A stretch of 64,000 nt of DNA from Gemmatales bacterium. Its GTDB lineage: Bacteria > Planctomycetota > Planctomycetia > Gemmatales > HRBIN36. The notes beneath the pieces were generated by a model, which worked only from the letters and a program-made list of their open reading frames with translations, ran no database searches and was not told where the DNA came from. The stretch is from assembly GCA_046350055.1 (NCBI GenBank), contig JAXMBC010000001.1, forward strand, positions 3,646,660-3,710,659, read 5' to 3'. Below are positions 10,447 to 20,368 of this stretch, one piece after another. A program made the translations under genes and the position numbers. Each line of letters begins with the position of its first letter. Position 1 is the stretch's first letter.

Positions 10447-10481
10447 AGGGCCATGCAACATTGCATGGCCCTCTTGTATTT
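10447..10481 (+). terminator. terminator hairpin between convergent rpoZ and the polyprenyl synthase gene
   Basis: 10-bp perfect stem AGGGCCATGC (10447-10456) / GCATGGCCCT (10463-10472), followed by CTTGTATTT. Confidence 0.6.
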
Positions 10482-10504
10482 GTGGAGAAACGGTTACTCG
10501 TATT

Positions 10505-11539
10505 TTAGCTTTCCCGTACCACAATACGTTTCATCAACTCATCCAGAATAATGCTCGCTTCGGTGTGGGGCAATTGTTTGAGGATGTCTCGAGCAGCTTG
10601 AACGTGTTTTTCGGCCTCCCTCAATGTGTACCCTATAGCACCTGACTCTGCCAACAGGTACCGCAGTCGTGGAATTTTCTGGGTTGCAGGGTTTTCAAGA
10701 ATGTCTCGAGCCTCGTTGCTTAGACCGTTGTGCTGCTGAAGTAAATGAATCAGTGGTAGCGTCAGTTTTTTCTGCAGGACATCAGTGCCGAGCGATTTGC
10801 CAGCAATCTTTTCAGTGCCTTGTATATCAAGTACATCATCAGCAACTTGGAATGCGATGCCCAGGTGATAACCAAAGCAGGTCATTGCTTCGACGGATGT
10901 TGAGGCAGCGCCTGCAAAGAGTGCCCCAAGTTCGCAACAGCATGCGGTTAATGCAGCTGTTTTTCCACCAATGATTGAGTAGTAATCAGCTTCAGAGAGC
11001 TGCAGATTTCCCTGTTCGCCGATCTGCCGCAGTTCGCCTTCACACACTTTGTTGGTGGCTTCGCCGATGATTTCGCATGCTTTGGCTGAACCAGTCTTGC
11101 TAGCCAGATGAAAAGCATGAGTGAAAAGCATGTCGCCGAGCAAGACACTGCTGGCGTTGCCCCAGCGGGCATTGATCGTCGCCACGTGTCGACGAAGATC
11201 AGCAGAGTCGAGAATATCGTCGTGTACCAGGGTGGCTGTGTGGATCATTTCCACTACGGCGGCCAGCATGGGGTGCTCCGGACCGATCTTCCCACTGGCT
11301 TTAGCCGTAAGAAGCAGGAGTGTTGGTCTCAACCGCTTGCCACGATAGTGAGCAAGATGAGCAATCAGATCTTTAACATAAGGGGCTTTGGTATCAAGTT
11401 CGTGTTGGAATATCGCCTCTGCCTCAGCAAGTTCATGTGCGATAGGCTGGTAATAAAAGCTGTCTGGCCGCCATTCCGCTGGCCGGTTCTCCTGCCCACG
11501 AGGCACCGGAGGATGCACAGTCGCTGTGGGCATGCTCAT
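10505..11539 (-). CDS. trans-polyprenyl diphosphate synthase (long-chain, IspB-like)
   Basis: First Asp-rich motif LVHDDILDSADLRRH and second motif FQVADDVLD. Length is 344 aa. Confidence 0.85.
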   Translation of the reverse strand: MSMPTATVHPPVPRGQENRPAEWRPDSFYYQPIAHELAEAEAIFQHELDTKAPYVKDLIAHLAHYRGKRLRPTLLLLTAKASGKIGPEHPMLAAVVEMIHTATLVHDDILDSADLRRHVATINARWGNASSVLLGDMLFTHAFHLASKTGSAKACEIIGEATNKVCEGELRQIGEQGNLQLSEADYYSIIGGKTAALTACCCELGALFAGAASTSVEAMTCFGYHLGIAFQVADDVLDIQGTEKIAGKSLGTDVLQKKLTLPLIHLLQQHNGLSNEARDILENPATQKIPRLRYLLAESGAIGYTLREAEKHVQAARDILKQLPHTEASIILDELMKRIVVRES

Positions 11540-11887
11540 GCGATATTCCCTTGGTTCGCAACTTTCAGATTACATTGAAAGTTTACTGCACTGCGTTGGA
11601 TCAGTCAAGGGTGTTGCCCCATTGTGATTCGTTGCAACTTGCCACAGAAAGTTGGCTTGGGTGCAATACTTTATCAAAGAAAACTGCTCGTTTGCACTTC
11701 GCCCATTTTCACCAGAATCTCAGGAGAGGTAGACAAATCCACCCCGTACGGGTATATCATGCTTGAAACCTTCATTGGCATGAAGGATGCACGCTTGTGC
11801 TCCCATGCGAGTGTCGGTCAGGCTAGCGAATTGTATGCCGAGCCGCCTGTCTCCGCAGGCCTTTCATTCGAAACAGAGGAGTATTCC

Positions 11888-12139
11888 ATGGCCGACACGA
11901 ACATCGAATCGCGGGTCATCGAGATCGTCAGCGAACAGATGGGCGTCAGCAAAGACCAAGTCAAGCGGGAAACCGAATTCCAGAAGGACCTCAACGCTGA
12001 TTCGCTCGACGTTGTCGAACTAGTCATGGAACTGGAAGAAGAATTCGAAATTACCATCCCCGAAGATGCCCAGGATAAGATCAAGACCGTAGGCGCTGCC
12101 GTCGATTTCATCGACGCTGAACTTAAGAAGAAGAGCTAG
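11888..12139 (+). CDS. acpP: acyl carrier protein
   Basis: ATG 11888 is preceded by GAGGAG. The phosphopantetheine site is LNADSLDVVELVMELEEEF. Length is 83 aa. The upstream part of ORF 11624.. is treated as non-coding. Confidence 0.9.
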   Translation: MADTNIESRVIEIVSEQMGVSKDQVKRETEFQKDLNADSLDVVELVMELEEEFEITIPEDAQDKIKTVGAAVDFIDAELKKKS

Positions 12140-12165
12140 CGACTTGGGTCATTTACACTTGGAGG

Positions 12166-12196
12166 CAGCGGAGCTGATGCTTCCGCTGCTTTTTTG
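12166..12196 (+). terminator. rho-independent terminator/attenuator between acpP and fabF
   Basis: Stem GCAGCGGA (12166-12173) / TCCGCTGC (12183-12190), followed by TTTTTT (12191-12196). Confidence 0.7.
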
Positions 12197-12331
12197 TTAA
12201 TTATCAGCTAACACCCGACAGCGCGAGTGAAGTTCTTGCAGACATCACTCACGCTGGCATCCAAAAACCGTAAGTCTTCCTCCCCGTGCTGGCAGCTGAT
12301 GGCTGACAGCTGAGAGCTTTGAGATAGAACC

Positions 12332-13615
12332 ATGTCACGACGACGCGTAGTGCTGACCGGTCTTGGAACCATCAATCCTCTCGGCCGGACTGTTCCCACG
12401 TTTTGGGACAATCTGCTGGCTGGCAAAAGTGGCATTGGTCCATGGACGCTTTTTGACGTAACAAATTACAAAGTCAAGTTCGGTGGTGAGATACGTAACT
12501 ACCAGCCTAATCCCCAGATTATGGATAAGCGCCTGCAGAGACGCATGGATCGTTACTCGCAATTCGCGCTAGAGGCGACTTACGAGGCCATTTTGGATAG
12601 CGGATTGCAACTGACCAAAGTGGAAGATAAAGAGAGTGAAAATGCTTTTCATGTCGCAGACTACGATCCGTTCCGCATGGGTGTGATCCTGGGAAGTGGT
12701 ATTGGTGGTCTCAATGAATATGAAGAGCAGCACGAAATCCTTCTGACCAAGGGGCCCACTCGTGTCAGTCCATTTGTGATCCCCAAGTTGATGGTGAATT
12801 CAGCGGCGGGGCAGATCAGCATCTATTACGGCATGCGTGGACAGAACTTCGCCGTTGCTACAGCTTGTGCCTCCGCAGCCAATGCCATCGGCAGCGCTAT
12901 GCGGGCTATTCAGCACGACGAAGCCGACCTGATCATTACCGGTGGTAGTGAGGCAGCCATGACACGCATGGGTCTATCGGGTTTTATTCAGTGCATGGCG
13001 TTATCCACACGCAACGATGCTCCTGAAAAAGCCTGTCGCCCCTGGGACAAAGATCGCGATGGCTTTGTACTGAGTGAAGGGGCCGGCATGGTGGTAATTG
13101 AAGAATATGAACATGCGAAAAAGCGCGGTGCGAAGATTTATGGTGAACTGGTGGGTTATGGCGCAACAGGTGATGCCTTTAACATCACTGCTCCTTGCCC
13201 CGATGGCAGCGGAGCCGCCAAGGCAGTGGAACTTGCATTGAAAGACGCCAGACTGAACGTCGATCAGGTAGACTACGTCAATGCTCACGCCACCAGCACA
13301 CCCCTGGGTGATCTCGGTGAGACTACTGCAATCAAAAGTGTCCTGGGTGCCCACGCCAGGAAAGTTGCCGTGAACGCCACCAAGAGCATGACGGGGCATA
13401 CCCTGGGAGCCAGTGGCGGGTTGGCTCTAATCGTCTGTGCGTTGTCGATGAAGAATAGTAAATTGCATCCGACCATCAATCTAGACAATCCAAGTGAGGG
13501 TTGCGACCTCGACTATGTGCCCAGGGAGGCACGCGATCGTAAGGTCAATGTGGCCTTACTGAACAGCTTCGGCTTTGGCGGGCATAACGCCTGCCTGGTT
13601 CTGAAAGCAATTTAG
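12332..13615 (+). CDS. fabF: beta-ketoacyl-ACP synthase II
   Basis: Catalytic Cys in VATACASAANAIG and His motifs VNAHATSTPLGD and MTGHTLGASGG. It follows acpP. Confidence 0.9.
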   Translation: MSRRRVVLTGLGTINPLGRTVPTFWDNLLAGKSGIGPWTLFDVTNYKVKFGGEIRNYQPNPQIMDKRLQRRMDRYSQFALEATYEAILDSGLQLTKVEDKESENAFHVADYDPFRMGVILGSGIGGLNEYEEQHEILLTKGPTRVSPFVIPKLMVNSAAGQISIYYGMRGQNFAVATACASAANAIGSAMRAIQHDEADLIITGGSEAAMTRMGLSGFIQCMALSTRNDAPEKACRPWDKDRDGFVLSEGAGMVVIEEYEHAKKRGAKIYGELVGYGATGDAFNITAPCPDGSGAAKAVELALKDARLNVDQVDYVNAHATSTPLGDLGETTAIKSVLGAHARKVAVNATKSMTGHTLGASGGLALIVCALSMKNSKLHPTINLDNPSEGCDLDYVPREARDRKVNVALLNSFGFGGHNACLVLKAI

Positions 13616-13691
13616 TTCGACTGATATTTTGGAGTTGGGCTGCGAACATTCGTGTTCGCAGGCTGCACTGTTGCGCAATTGATAAATGACC

Positions 13692-13719
13692 TTGCGTCTC
13701 ACACCTCATGGAGCATAAT
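13692..13719 (+). promoter_or_regulatory. candidate sigma70-type promoter for the giant lipoprotein gene
   Basis: TTGCGT (13692-13697), a 16-nt spacer, then CATAAT (13714-13719), 37 nt upstream of ATG 13756. This is a hexamer match only. Confidence 0.25.
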
Positions 13720-13755
13720 CAAGGCTGTCTCCTCTGATCGGGAAGGATTCACTCC

Positions 13756-16700
13756 ATGCGAACGCACATGCTCCTTGCTATCGCTCTTGTGATTGGGTGC
13801 TTGCTTGTGGGGTGTCAGCGTTCTACACCTTCCCCGACGATTGCGACTTCTCCACAAACATCAACAGCACCAGCAAAGGATACAGATTCAGCAACAGTGT
13901 CACTGTTGACTAGTAATGCTGATGCTGAATATCAGAGTGCTTTGCTGGAGTCACTCGATGCCATTCATGATCGTCGTTACAGCGATGCACTGATATCCTT
14001 GCAAGCCGCCCAGACCGTCAAAGATACCGAGGTTGTTCGTCAGCAAATCGATAAAGTGCAAGGCCTGCAGCTTCAACAGGAGTCATTCGATCGCACTATC
14101 GCTGAGATTCAAGCTGTTATTGATCAGGGGCAGGGGGAGTTGGCATCTCAACTCGTGGTACTGGCATTGGGACAGTTTCAGCAGGAGCCTGAAGCAGGTA
14201 AACTGGCTGCTCTTAAACGGTTGGCAGATGCCTTACAACAGGCTGCAAAATCTGACATTCTGCCTCTTTTCATGCGGTATCGTTCCGAAGCTGATGCAGC
14301 AGTGAAGGAGAACAACCTGCGTGCAGCAGTATTGGCTCTTGAGCAAGCTGTTGTTCTCAAGCCTGATGGATCACTTCAGCAACAGCTGACACAGTTGCGT
14401 GATAAGCTCAACAAGTATGATGTAGCTTGCGAAAAAGCTCGCGAATTGAGAAAGGACACCAACAGTCTGGAAGAAGCAATCGCTGCATTGCAAGAGGCTG
14501 GCTCACACTGGGATACGCTGACGGTCCGGCAGGAACTGGCAGATCTGCAACTGGCACTCGACCAGCGTCGTGAACGGTTGGCTATCTCTCCCTTTGCTGT
14601 GCATGGCGATGCACAGCTCAGTAGTTACTGCGACTCATTCGTTGATGAGTTATTACCTCATTTCAGAAAGCGCTACGACCTGGTGGAGCGGGGCTTAGCT
14701 AATCGACTGCTGGAAGAGTCAAAAGTGGATGCCAACGATATCCTCCTCAGCGAACAAGGTAGAGCTGATTTGAGTAAATTGGCTAAGGCTCGATACATTG
14801 TTGTCGGCAGCATTTCATCTCTTGCTGGTGTGACTGTTCATGCCCGCCTCATTGATCTCCGAACAGGACTCATCGTTCAGACTGCCAAAGTAACGGGGTC
14901 GAGCACAAACGAAGTGAGCAAGAAATTGAGCGTTCTGGCAGCACAATTGCTGATGACGGATGATGAAAAGCTGGCATATGATCTTCGTCAGGCTGAGCGG
15001 GATACGGCTGTTGCACCAATGGCTGCGATAACACCTCCCTCCGAACTACCGAGTTACAATCCCCAGTCACTACCACAGCCGATTCAGTTTTCCACAGCAA
15101 GGTTGCCTTCTTTCGGAAGTATTACAGTGGAGGACTATGATCGCTTACCAGTGATGCAGCCAGATGGCAATACTGCCCTGGCCCCAGCGTTCCTGGAGCA
15201 GGAACGTCCATTGCGCCAGCGATTGCTAGGCATACAGTTGGAACTCGGCGACAACCACTTTCGGCGTGGGCAATATCGGGATGCATATCTGCGTTACCAA
15301 ATGGCACGGGAACTCGATCCTGCCAGTCTTGATATTTTGGGCAGGCTATCATTGTGTCAGCAGTATCTTCCACCAGTACAGGTTGATCAGCAAGCACGGA
15401 AGGCACGGCTTGCCATTTTACCATTCTATGTTGCGGCTTCTCCTCAAACGATTTCGCCGGCTTGTTCCGCGTGGACACCGGCCAATCTCGTCCCCTATTT
15501 TGCCAGTGCCTATGACGTAATTGATCCAGATGAAGTGCACTGGATGATGAGCCGTCTGGGTGTCAGTATGGGCGATATAGTGCGTGATGTTTCCATTCGT
15601 CGCTGGTTGGGACGGGCTGTCGGAGTACGCTATTTCGTGCTTGGTCGCTTGCAGCCTTTACAGGGAATTGCTGTTACCACAGTGATGCTGGATGTGGAAC
15701 AAGGCTGGGAAACTGGGCGAGCTCAGGTTGTCGTTCAGAATCTGTACGAACTTAAGTACCGCCTGAATGAGCTAGCCAGGTTGACGATGATGAGTCCTGC
15801 AGAACGAGCACGTCTGGAGCGGGACTCTGCGCTTTATGAGGCTGAGTGGCAACGTGCTCTCGAAGCTGACCGGCGCGGACAGTTTCAGTTGGCTCTTGAT
15901 CTTGGCAAAGCCCTCAAAAGTAAACATCCGTTTAGTATTCGCGTGAATGTGTTACTGAGCAAATGCGAGGAAAACGCCCGTCATGCCGCCTGGCAACAGG
16001 CAAGACAGCAGGAGCAACTCAAGCAGCATCTCCTTGCCGAAGCAGTACAGCGCCGTCAAGCCGAACTTCTGCTGACGGCGGAACGCTTAAGAGAACAGGC
16101 GGCTCGCCAGGCTGCACAGATTGCAGAAGTTGAACGGCGTCGACAACAAGACCTGGCTGTGCAACAAATGCTCTCCCAGGCACGCATCGCTATCCAGGTG
16201 AAGAATTTCAGTGTTGCAGTCCAACTTTTCGAAGGCGCTTGTGCCATGCGACCAGCCGATGAATCTCTTCAACGAGAGTCGGCAGCATTAAGGGCGCAAT
16301 TGGAACGAGACCGACGCTTAATGTTTCTGGCTCAGCAGGCTCAAGCCGAGGAAGCCCGACGTCGACAATGGACCTTGGATATGAGCACCACTCGTCAGCT
16401 TTGGACGAGAGAACGAGAGCAATTCCAGTTGTCTCTTCAACCAGTGTTTCATCAGCAACAACAGTTGGATCAAAGTAACTACACCCGTTTGCTTGATCAG
16501 GCCCAACGTCTGAAAGCACAGGGGCGGTTGGATGAGGCTGCATATTCATTGCAACTTGCGAAACGCTTGCATCCCACGGAAGACGTCGAAAGGCTGTTGA
16601 CAGACACTTTATTGCTGCAGGCACGTCAACAAGCTAAGGCTGAGGATGCAGCGAGGTTGGCAGAGTTAGAAAGGCGACTGGCACAGGAAACTATCCGGCG

Positions 16701-18681
16701 CAAGCAGGCAGAAGATACTGCACGCAATAACTGGAAGCTCTACCAGACAGCTTTGCAACTGGCTCAGGAAGCTGAACGGAGCAAAAACTACTCAGCAGCT
16801 CAATTACGATATCAGGAAGCCGGTAAGCTGTTCCAGACGGAAACGGTAGTCAATGGACTTCGTGGTGTTCAACTTGCCCAGGCTGAAGAAGCCCGGCTGC
16901 TTAAAGCACAGAAGGAGGCAGCAACCCAACAGAAGACATGGAAACAGGAAGGGGATCGTGTCCTGAAACTGAGTCAGGAAGCTGAAAAGTCAGGCAAGTA
17001 TGACACAGCTATATCAGCACTCAGAAAGTGCAGGGAAACTGATCCTGGAAATATCGAGCTAACCGTTGCTCTCAATAAACTGGAGCTAGCTCGCATCAAG
17101 TCTATGGAAGTTAAGCAAAGTTCTGCGGCACGTGATCAGGCCTCTCAGGTAAAGTCGTATCTGGCTCAAGCCCAAGCTCGAGCCAAGGCAAAACAGTTTG
17201 AAGCAGCATTTGCACTAGTCGAGGCGGCAGAGAAGCTGATGCCGGACGATTCGCAGATAAAAGCACAGCGAGAGAGCATCAACAAACTCAAACAGGCAGA
17301 TATTGAAGCATTAGCGATCATCAGGAAAAAAGAGGAGGACACCAGGCGACTGGCTCACGAAAAGATTCAGCAGGAAGAGAAAGCCAAGGAGCAGGCAGCA
17401 AAGGCACGTAAACAGGCTGAGGTTGCTCTGGCAGGTGGAGATTGGAAAACTGCAGAAGCAGCACTAGCCACAATGAAACGACTGGCTCCTAGCGATCCTG
17501 CATTCCTGAAACTGAGTCAGGAACTGGCTGCTGCACAAAGTCAGGCAGCTCGTGCCAAAAGCCAACAAGATATCAGGGCGAAACTGGAAGCAGAGGCACA
17601 GGTACGTCAAGTTGCCATGAATCAGAAGAATACTGGTAAACTCGGTGAGATATTGAAGAATGCTCAGACTTCTCTTCAGAAGAAGGACTTTGCGACAGCT
17701 GAAAAACTACTGGGGGAAGCACTGGCTCTTGATGGCACCAACCTGGCAGTAGGCCGATTACAACGGGAACTGCAGGTGGCTCGTCAGGCTGAGGACAGAG
17801 CCAGATCTGCCATGTCAGCTTCTGATCGCAAGAAACAGGAAGAAGAGCATCGCAAGAAAAAGGAACAATTTACCAAAGTAATGAAGGAGGGAAAGGAAGC
17901 ACTAGCTGAGGAAGATCTCGATAAAGCGATGAAGCTGTTTACGGAAGCTCGCAGGCTAAATCCCGACGATGCCGATGCTGCACTTTACCTGGGTATGGCT
18001 CGTCGCGATATCGACCGGGCAAATGCTGAAAAAGAAGCTGCTCGGCAGGCAGTAGAGGAAGAGAAGCGACGGCAGGCAGCAGAAGCCAAGGCTGAGATGA
18101 GCAAGAAGAACAAGGCGGATGCAGAAATACGGCAGAAGTTGGCCATGGACGAAGAAGCCCGTAAACAAGCGGAACTTCTGAAAACAATGAACCAGCAACA
18201 GTTTGATACTGCCCTCAGTCAGGGTAAGCAACTTCTCACAGCTCGCAAATATGAGGAGGCCCTCACAGCATTCCAGAAGGCACAACAACTCCAGCCGACG
18301 AACAAGACGGTGGCTGAATTAATAGCACAAGCCAATCGAATGAAGGCAGAAGCTTTCAAACAGATGCCACCTGTTAAGGAGCAACCTCAGACGCCTTCTG
18401 TGGCACAACTGGTGGCACAAGCCTCGATGCTTCAGAAACAGCAAAAATGGGAAGAGGCACTCAAGCTGTATCAACAGGTATTGCTACTAAATCCAAACGA
18501 TGCTGCTGGCAAGGCTGGTGTGAGATTATGCGAGTTTCAGGCAAACTTCGAAGCAGGCCGCGCGGCTTTGGCTAAAAAGGACAAAGATGCAGCTATCAGG
18601 GCCTTGGAGGCAGCATTGAAAGTGGTTCCAGGGCACCAGGAAGCGCAGAAGCTGCTAAAACAAGCAAGGGAATTGAAGTAA
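13756..18681 (+). CDS. giant (1641 aa) lipoprotein with two CsgG/TolB-N-like modules and many isolated TPR-like hairpins separated by charged helical spacers
   Basis: Lipobox MLLAIALVIGCLLVGC. Two related modules lie at aa ~273-400 (LAISPFAVHGD..YIVVGSISSLAGVTVHARLIDLRTGLIV) and aa ~550-678 (LAILPFYVAAS..YFVLGRLQPLQGIAVTTVMLDVEQGWE). The C-terminal 950 aa is E/K/R/Q/A-rich. Confidence 0.7.
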   Translation: MRTHMLLAIALVIGCLLVGCQRSTPSPTIATSPQTSTAPAKDTDSATVSLLTSNADAEYQSALLESLDAIHDRRYSDALISLQAAQTVKDTEVVRQQIDKVQGLQLQQESFDRTIAEIQAVIDQGQGELASQLVVLALGQFQQEPEAGKLAALKRLADALQQAAKSDILPLFMRYRSEADAAVKENNLRAAVLALEQAVVLKPDGSLQQQLTQLRDKLNKYDVACEKARELRKDTNSLEEAIAALQEAGSHWDTLTVRQELADLQLALDQRRERLAISPFAVHGDAQLSSYCDSFVDELLPHFRKRYDLVERGLANRLLEESKVDANDILLSEQGRADLSKLAKARYIVVGSISSLAGVTVHARLIDLRTGLIVQTAKVTGSSTNEVSKKLSVLAAQLLMTDDEKLAYDLRQAERDTAVAPMAAITPPSELPSYNPQSLPQPIQFSTARLPSFGSITVEDYDRLPVMQPDGNTALAPAFLEQERPLRQRLLGIQLELGDNHFRRGQYRDAYLRYQMARELDPASLDILGRLSLCQQYLPPVQVDQQARKARLAILPFYVAASPQTISPACSAWTPANLVPYFASAYDVIDPDEVHWMMSRLGVSMGDIVRDVSIRRWLGRAVGVRYFVLGRLQPLQGIAVTTVMLDVEQGWETGRAQVVVQNLYELKYRLNELARLTMMSPAERARLERDSALYEAEWQRALEADRRGQFQLALDLGKALKSKHPFSIRVNVLLSKCEENARHAAWQQARQQEQLKQHLLAEAVQRRQAELLLTAERLREQAARQAAQIAEVERRRQQDLAVQQMLSQARIAIQVKNFSVAVQLFEGACAMRPADESLQRESAALRAQLERDRRLMFLAQQAQAEEARRRQWTLDMSTTRQLWTREREQFQLSLQPVFHQQQQLDQSNYTRLLDQAQRLKAQGRLDEAAYSLQLAKRLHPTEDVERLLTDTLLLQARQQAKAEDAARLAELERRLAQETIRRKQAEDTARNNWKLYQTALQLAQEAERSKNYSAAQLRYQEAGKLFQTETVVNGLRGVQLAQAEEARLLKAQKEAATQQKTWKQEGDRVLKLSQEAEKSGKYDTAISALRKCRETDPGNIELTVALNKLELARIKSMEVKQSSAARDQASQVKSYLAQAQARAKAKQFEAAFALVEAAEKLMPDDSQIKAQRESINKLKQADIEALAIIRKKEEDTRRLAHEKIQQEEKAKEQAAKARKQAEVALAGGDWKTAEAALATMKRLAPSDPAFLKLSQELAAAQSQAARAKSQQDIRAKLEAEAQVRQVAMNQKNTGKLGEILKNAQTSLQKKDFATAEKLLGEALALDGTNLAVGRLQRELQVARQAEDRARSAMSASDRKKQEEEHRKKKEQFTKVMKEGKEALAEEDLDKAMKLFTEARRLNPDDADAALYLGMARRDIDRANAEKEAARQAVEEEKRRQAAEAKAEMSKKNKADAEIRQKLAMDEEARKQAELLKTMNQQQFDTALSQGKQLLTARKYEEALTAFQKAQQLQPTNKTVAELIAQANRMKAEAFKQMPPVKEQPQTPSVAQLVAQASMLQKQQKWEEALKLYQQVLLLNPNDAAGKAGVRLCEFQANFEAGRAALAKKDKDAAIRALEAALKVVPGHQEAQKLLKQARELK

Positions 18682-18685
18682 TTGA

Positions 18686-20287
18686 CTATTCTTGAAAAGA
18701 AGAATCATTCGCTGCGTATGGATCAGAAGGTTTCTCAACCTTCGCTACCGGAATAGCTGGTTGGTGTCGATGAAGTTCCAGCAATGCCTGGAAAGCAAAA
18801 TAGCCTGAGTAAAAGTTGCGAGCACTACACTTTTCAGTCATCACGGGCTTGGGCTTGCCTCGCTGGTAAAGAGTGAAGTTACCGTCCTGCATGTTATGTC
18901 CAGATACCTGGTTAAAGCTCAGGGTTTGTTCTGGTTGTCTGCCAAACATGGTTGATGCCTTGTAGCGAATGCCCTGTAGTTCCAGAGTCATATTCTCAGT
19001 CCAAATTGTGGGCCGCCCTGCTTTCACTTCTTCGAATAGTCGTGTACCAATGATACAGGCAATCTCGTCACGCATCTCATCCAGAGAATGATCCACATTT
19101 TTAATACTGGTGCCGTAAACAATCCTGGGTTTGTTCACCTCAGTCCGCGGAAAGAATGACAAGGCAATATTCGTGCCTACGTAGCTGCCTTTGTGATAAT
19201 GCTTGGTGGCAGCATAACTGAAGGCGTCCAGTTCGCTATACAGCAACTGTTTCTCGCCGAAGAAGCCTTTGTGGTACACACCATGGAGATGACATCGGAA
19301 GAGTTGCTTGAAAATAGCCACGATAGCAAGAAAGAATACCACGGCGCCTGTCCAAAGGATGGCGGTAACGATGATGAGTACATGTTGATCATTCTTCTTG
19401 CCCCAGCCGAACAGAAAAGATGCCAGGGTTATTCCGCCTATGATCAGGAACAGAATAGCTAACGTCAGGAGCAGGTATCCGAGCGAACGATTTCCCCGAC
19501 GTTCGAAAATGATGCGTCCCAGTTGACTCGTTGATTCGTGCTTAGCGTCATCAGGGCGCTTGCTCAGTTCTTCTTGCAGTAGTATGGAAAGCAGATGAGC
19601 GTTGGCTGCATGGAGAGGCAGGGAGGCAAATGCTTCATCTTCTCCCCGTTTCCAGAGCTTTAGTTTGTCATCCACACACATGGTGGCAACTATGTCTGAG
19701 AGTGGCGTTTCACTCTCTTCCGTGTCGGGATGGCGAAGCAGCAGCGTTTTGCTGGTCAATTCCCAGCCTTCTCCCAGGATGCTCAAGTTCTTCTGGCGAT
19801 CATCATCAGCGCGTTGTTTCAGCAGACGGACAACGCGTTCGACAAATGGCTGTAGCCGATCTGCTTCAGATAGTTTTATCGTGTTCTTCATCTCGATCAG
19901 TTCAGGTTTGTCCTGATGCGAAACTACCCAGACCCGAAAGGTGCACGTTCTGGAAACGTGATTTCCATTGCTGAAGTTGTCCTTGACCTGCAAGGCAACG
20001 CTGACGATGTCGTCGTCATCAAAGGTACGCTCGCCGATATTATCGGTCACTGTGAACTTAGACGGGTGCAAGGTCAGCCACATGAGTTGCTTGACCCGGT
20101 TCGCTTCCATGTAAAATGCAGCCATGAAACAGCCCAGACCGATAATGGCAACGACGCCTCCAAACCAAATGCCATTTGGGATGGCTGCAAGAGCAACGCC
20201 TCCCGCAAGAAAGAGCACGCCTATGAATCCCGTAAGATAGGCAGGCCACTTGGACAGGTGCGACCGAATCAGAATGCGAGAGTCCAT
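18686..20287 (-). CDS. hypothetical membrane protein with an internally duplicated [2 TM + two beta-rich PH-like segments] layout
   Basis: The start is set at ATG 20287 (MDSRILIRSHLSKWPAYL). The longer ORF to 20560 would overlap the divergent DUF2071 gene. TM pairs lie at aa ~15-60 and ~280-330. Confidence 0.55.
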   Translation of the reverse strand: MDSRILIRSHLSKWPAYLTGFIGVLFLAGGVALAAIPNGIWFGGVVAIIGLGCFMAAFYMEANRVKQLMWLTLHPSKFTVTDNIGERTFDDDDIVSVALQVKDNFSNGNHVSRTCTFRVWVVSHQDKPELIEMKNTIKLSEADRLQPFVERVVRLLKQRADDDRQKNLSILGEGWELTSKTLLLRHPDTEESETPLSDIVATMCVDDKLKLWKRGEDEAFASLPLHAANAHLLSILLQEELSKRPDDAKHESTSQLGRIIFERRGNRSLGYLLLTLAILFLIIGGITLASFLFGWGKKNDQHVLIIVTAILWTGAVVFFLAIVAIFKQLFRCHLHGVYHKGFFGEKQLLYSELDAFSYAATKHYHKGSYVGTNIALSFFPRTEVNKPRIVYGTSIKNVDHSLDEMRDEIACIIGTRLFEEVKAGRPTIWTENMTLELQGIRYKASTMFGRQPEQTLSFNQVSGHNMQDGNFTLYQRGKPKPVMTEKCSARNFYSGYFAFQALLELHRHQPAIPVAKVEKPSDPYAANDSSFQE

Positions 20288-20368
20288 GATTACTTCATGT
20301 GGAAATAGATAAGTGTGATTATCATATAGGTGTGCGTAAGGAACGATGTGAAGAGTGGAGTGTCGCCC

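Noticed and set aside
11624-11887. 88-aa upstream extension of the acpP ORF
   Set aside because: ACPs are about 80 aa. ATG 11888 has a GAGGAG Shine-Dalgarno, and the upstream translation has no ACP-like or other recognisable features.
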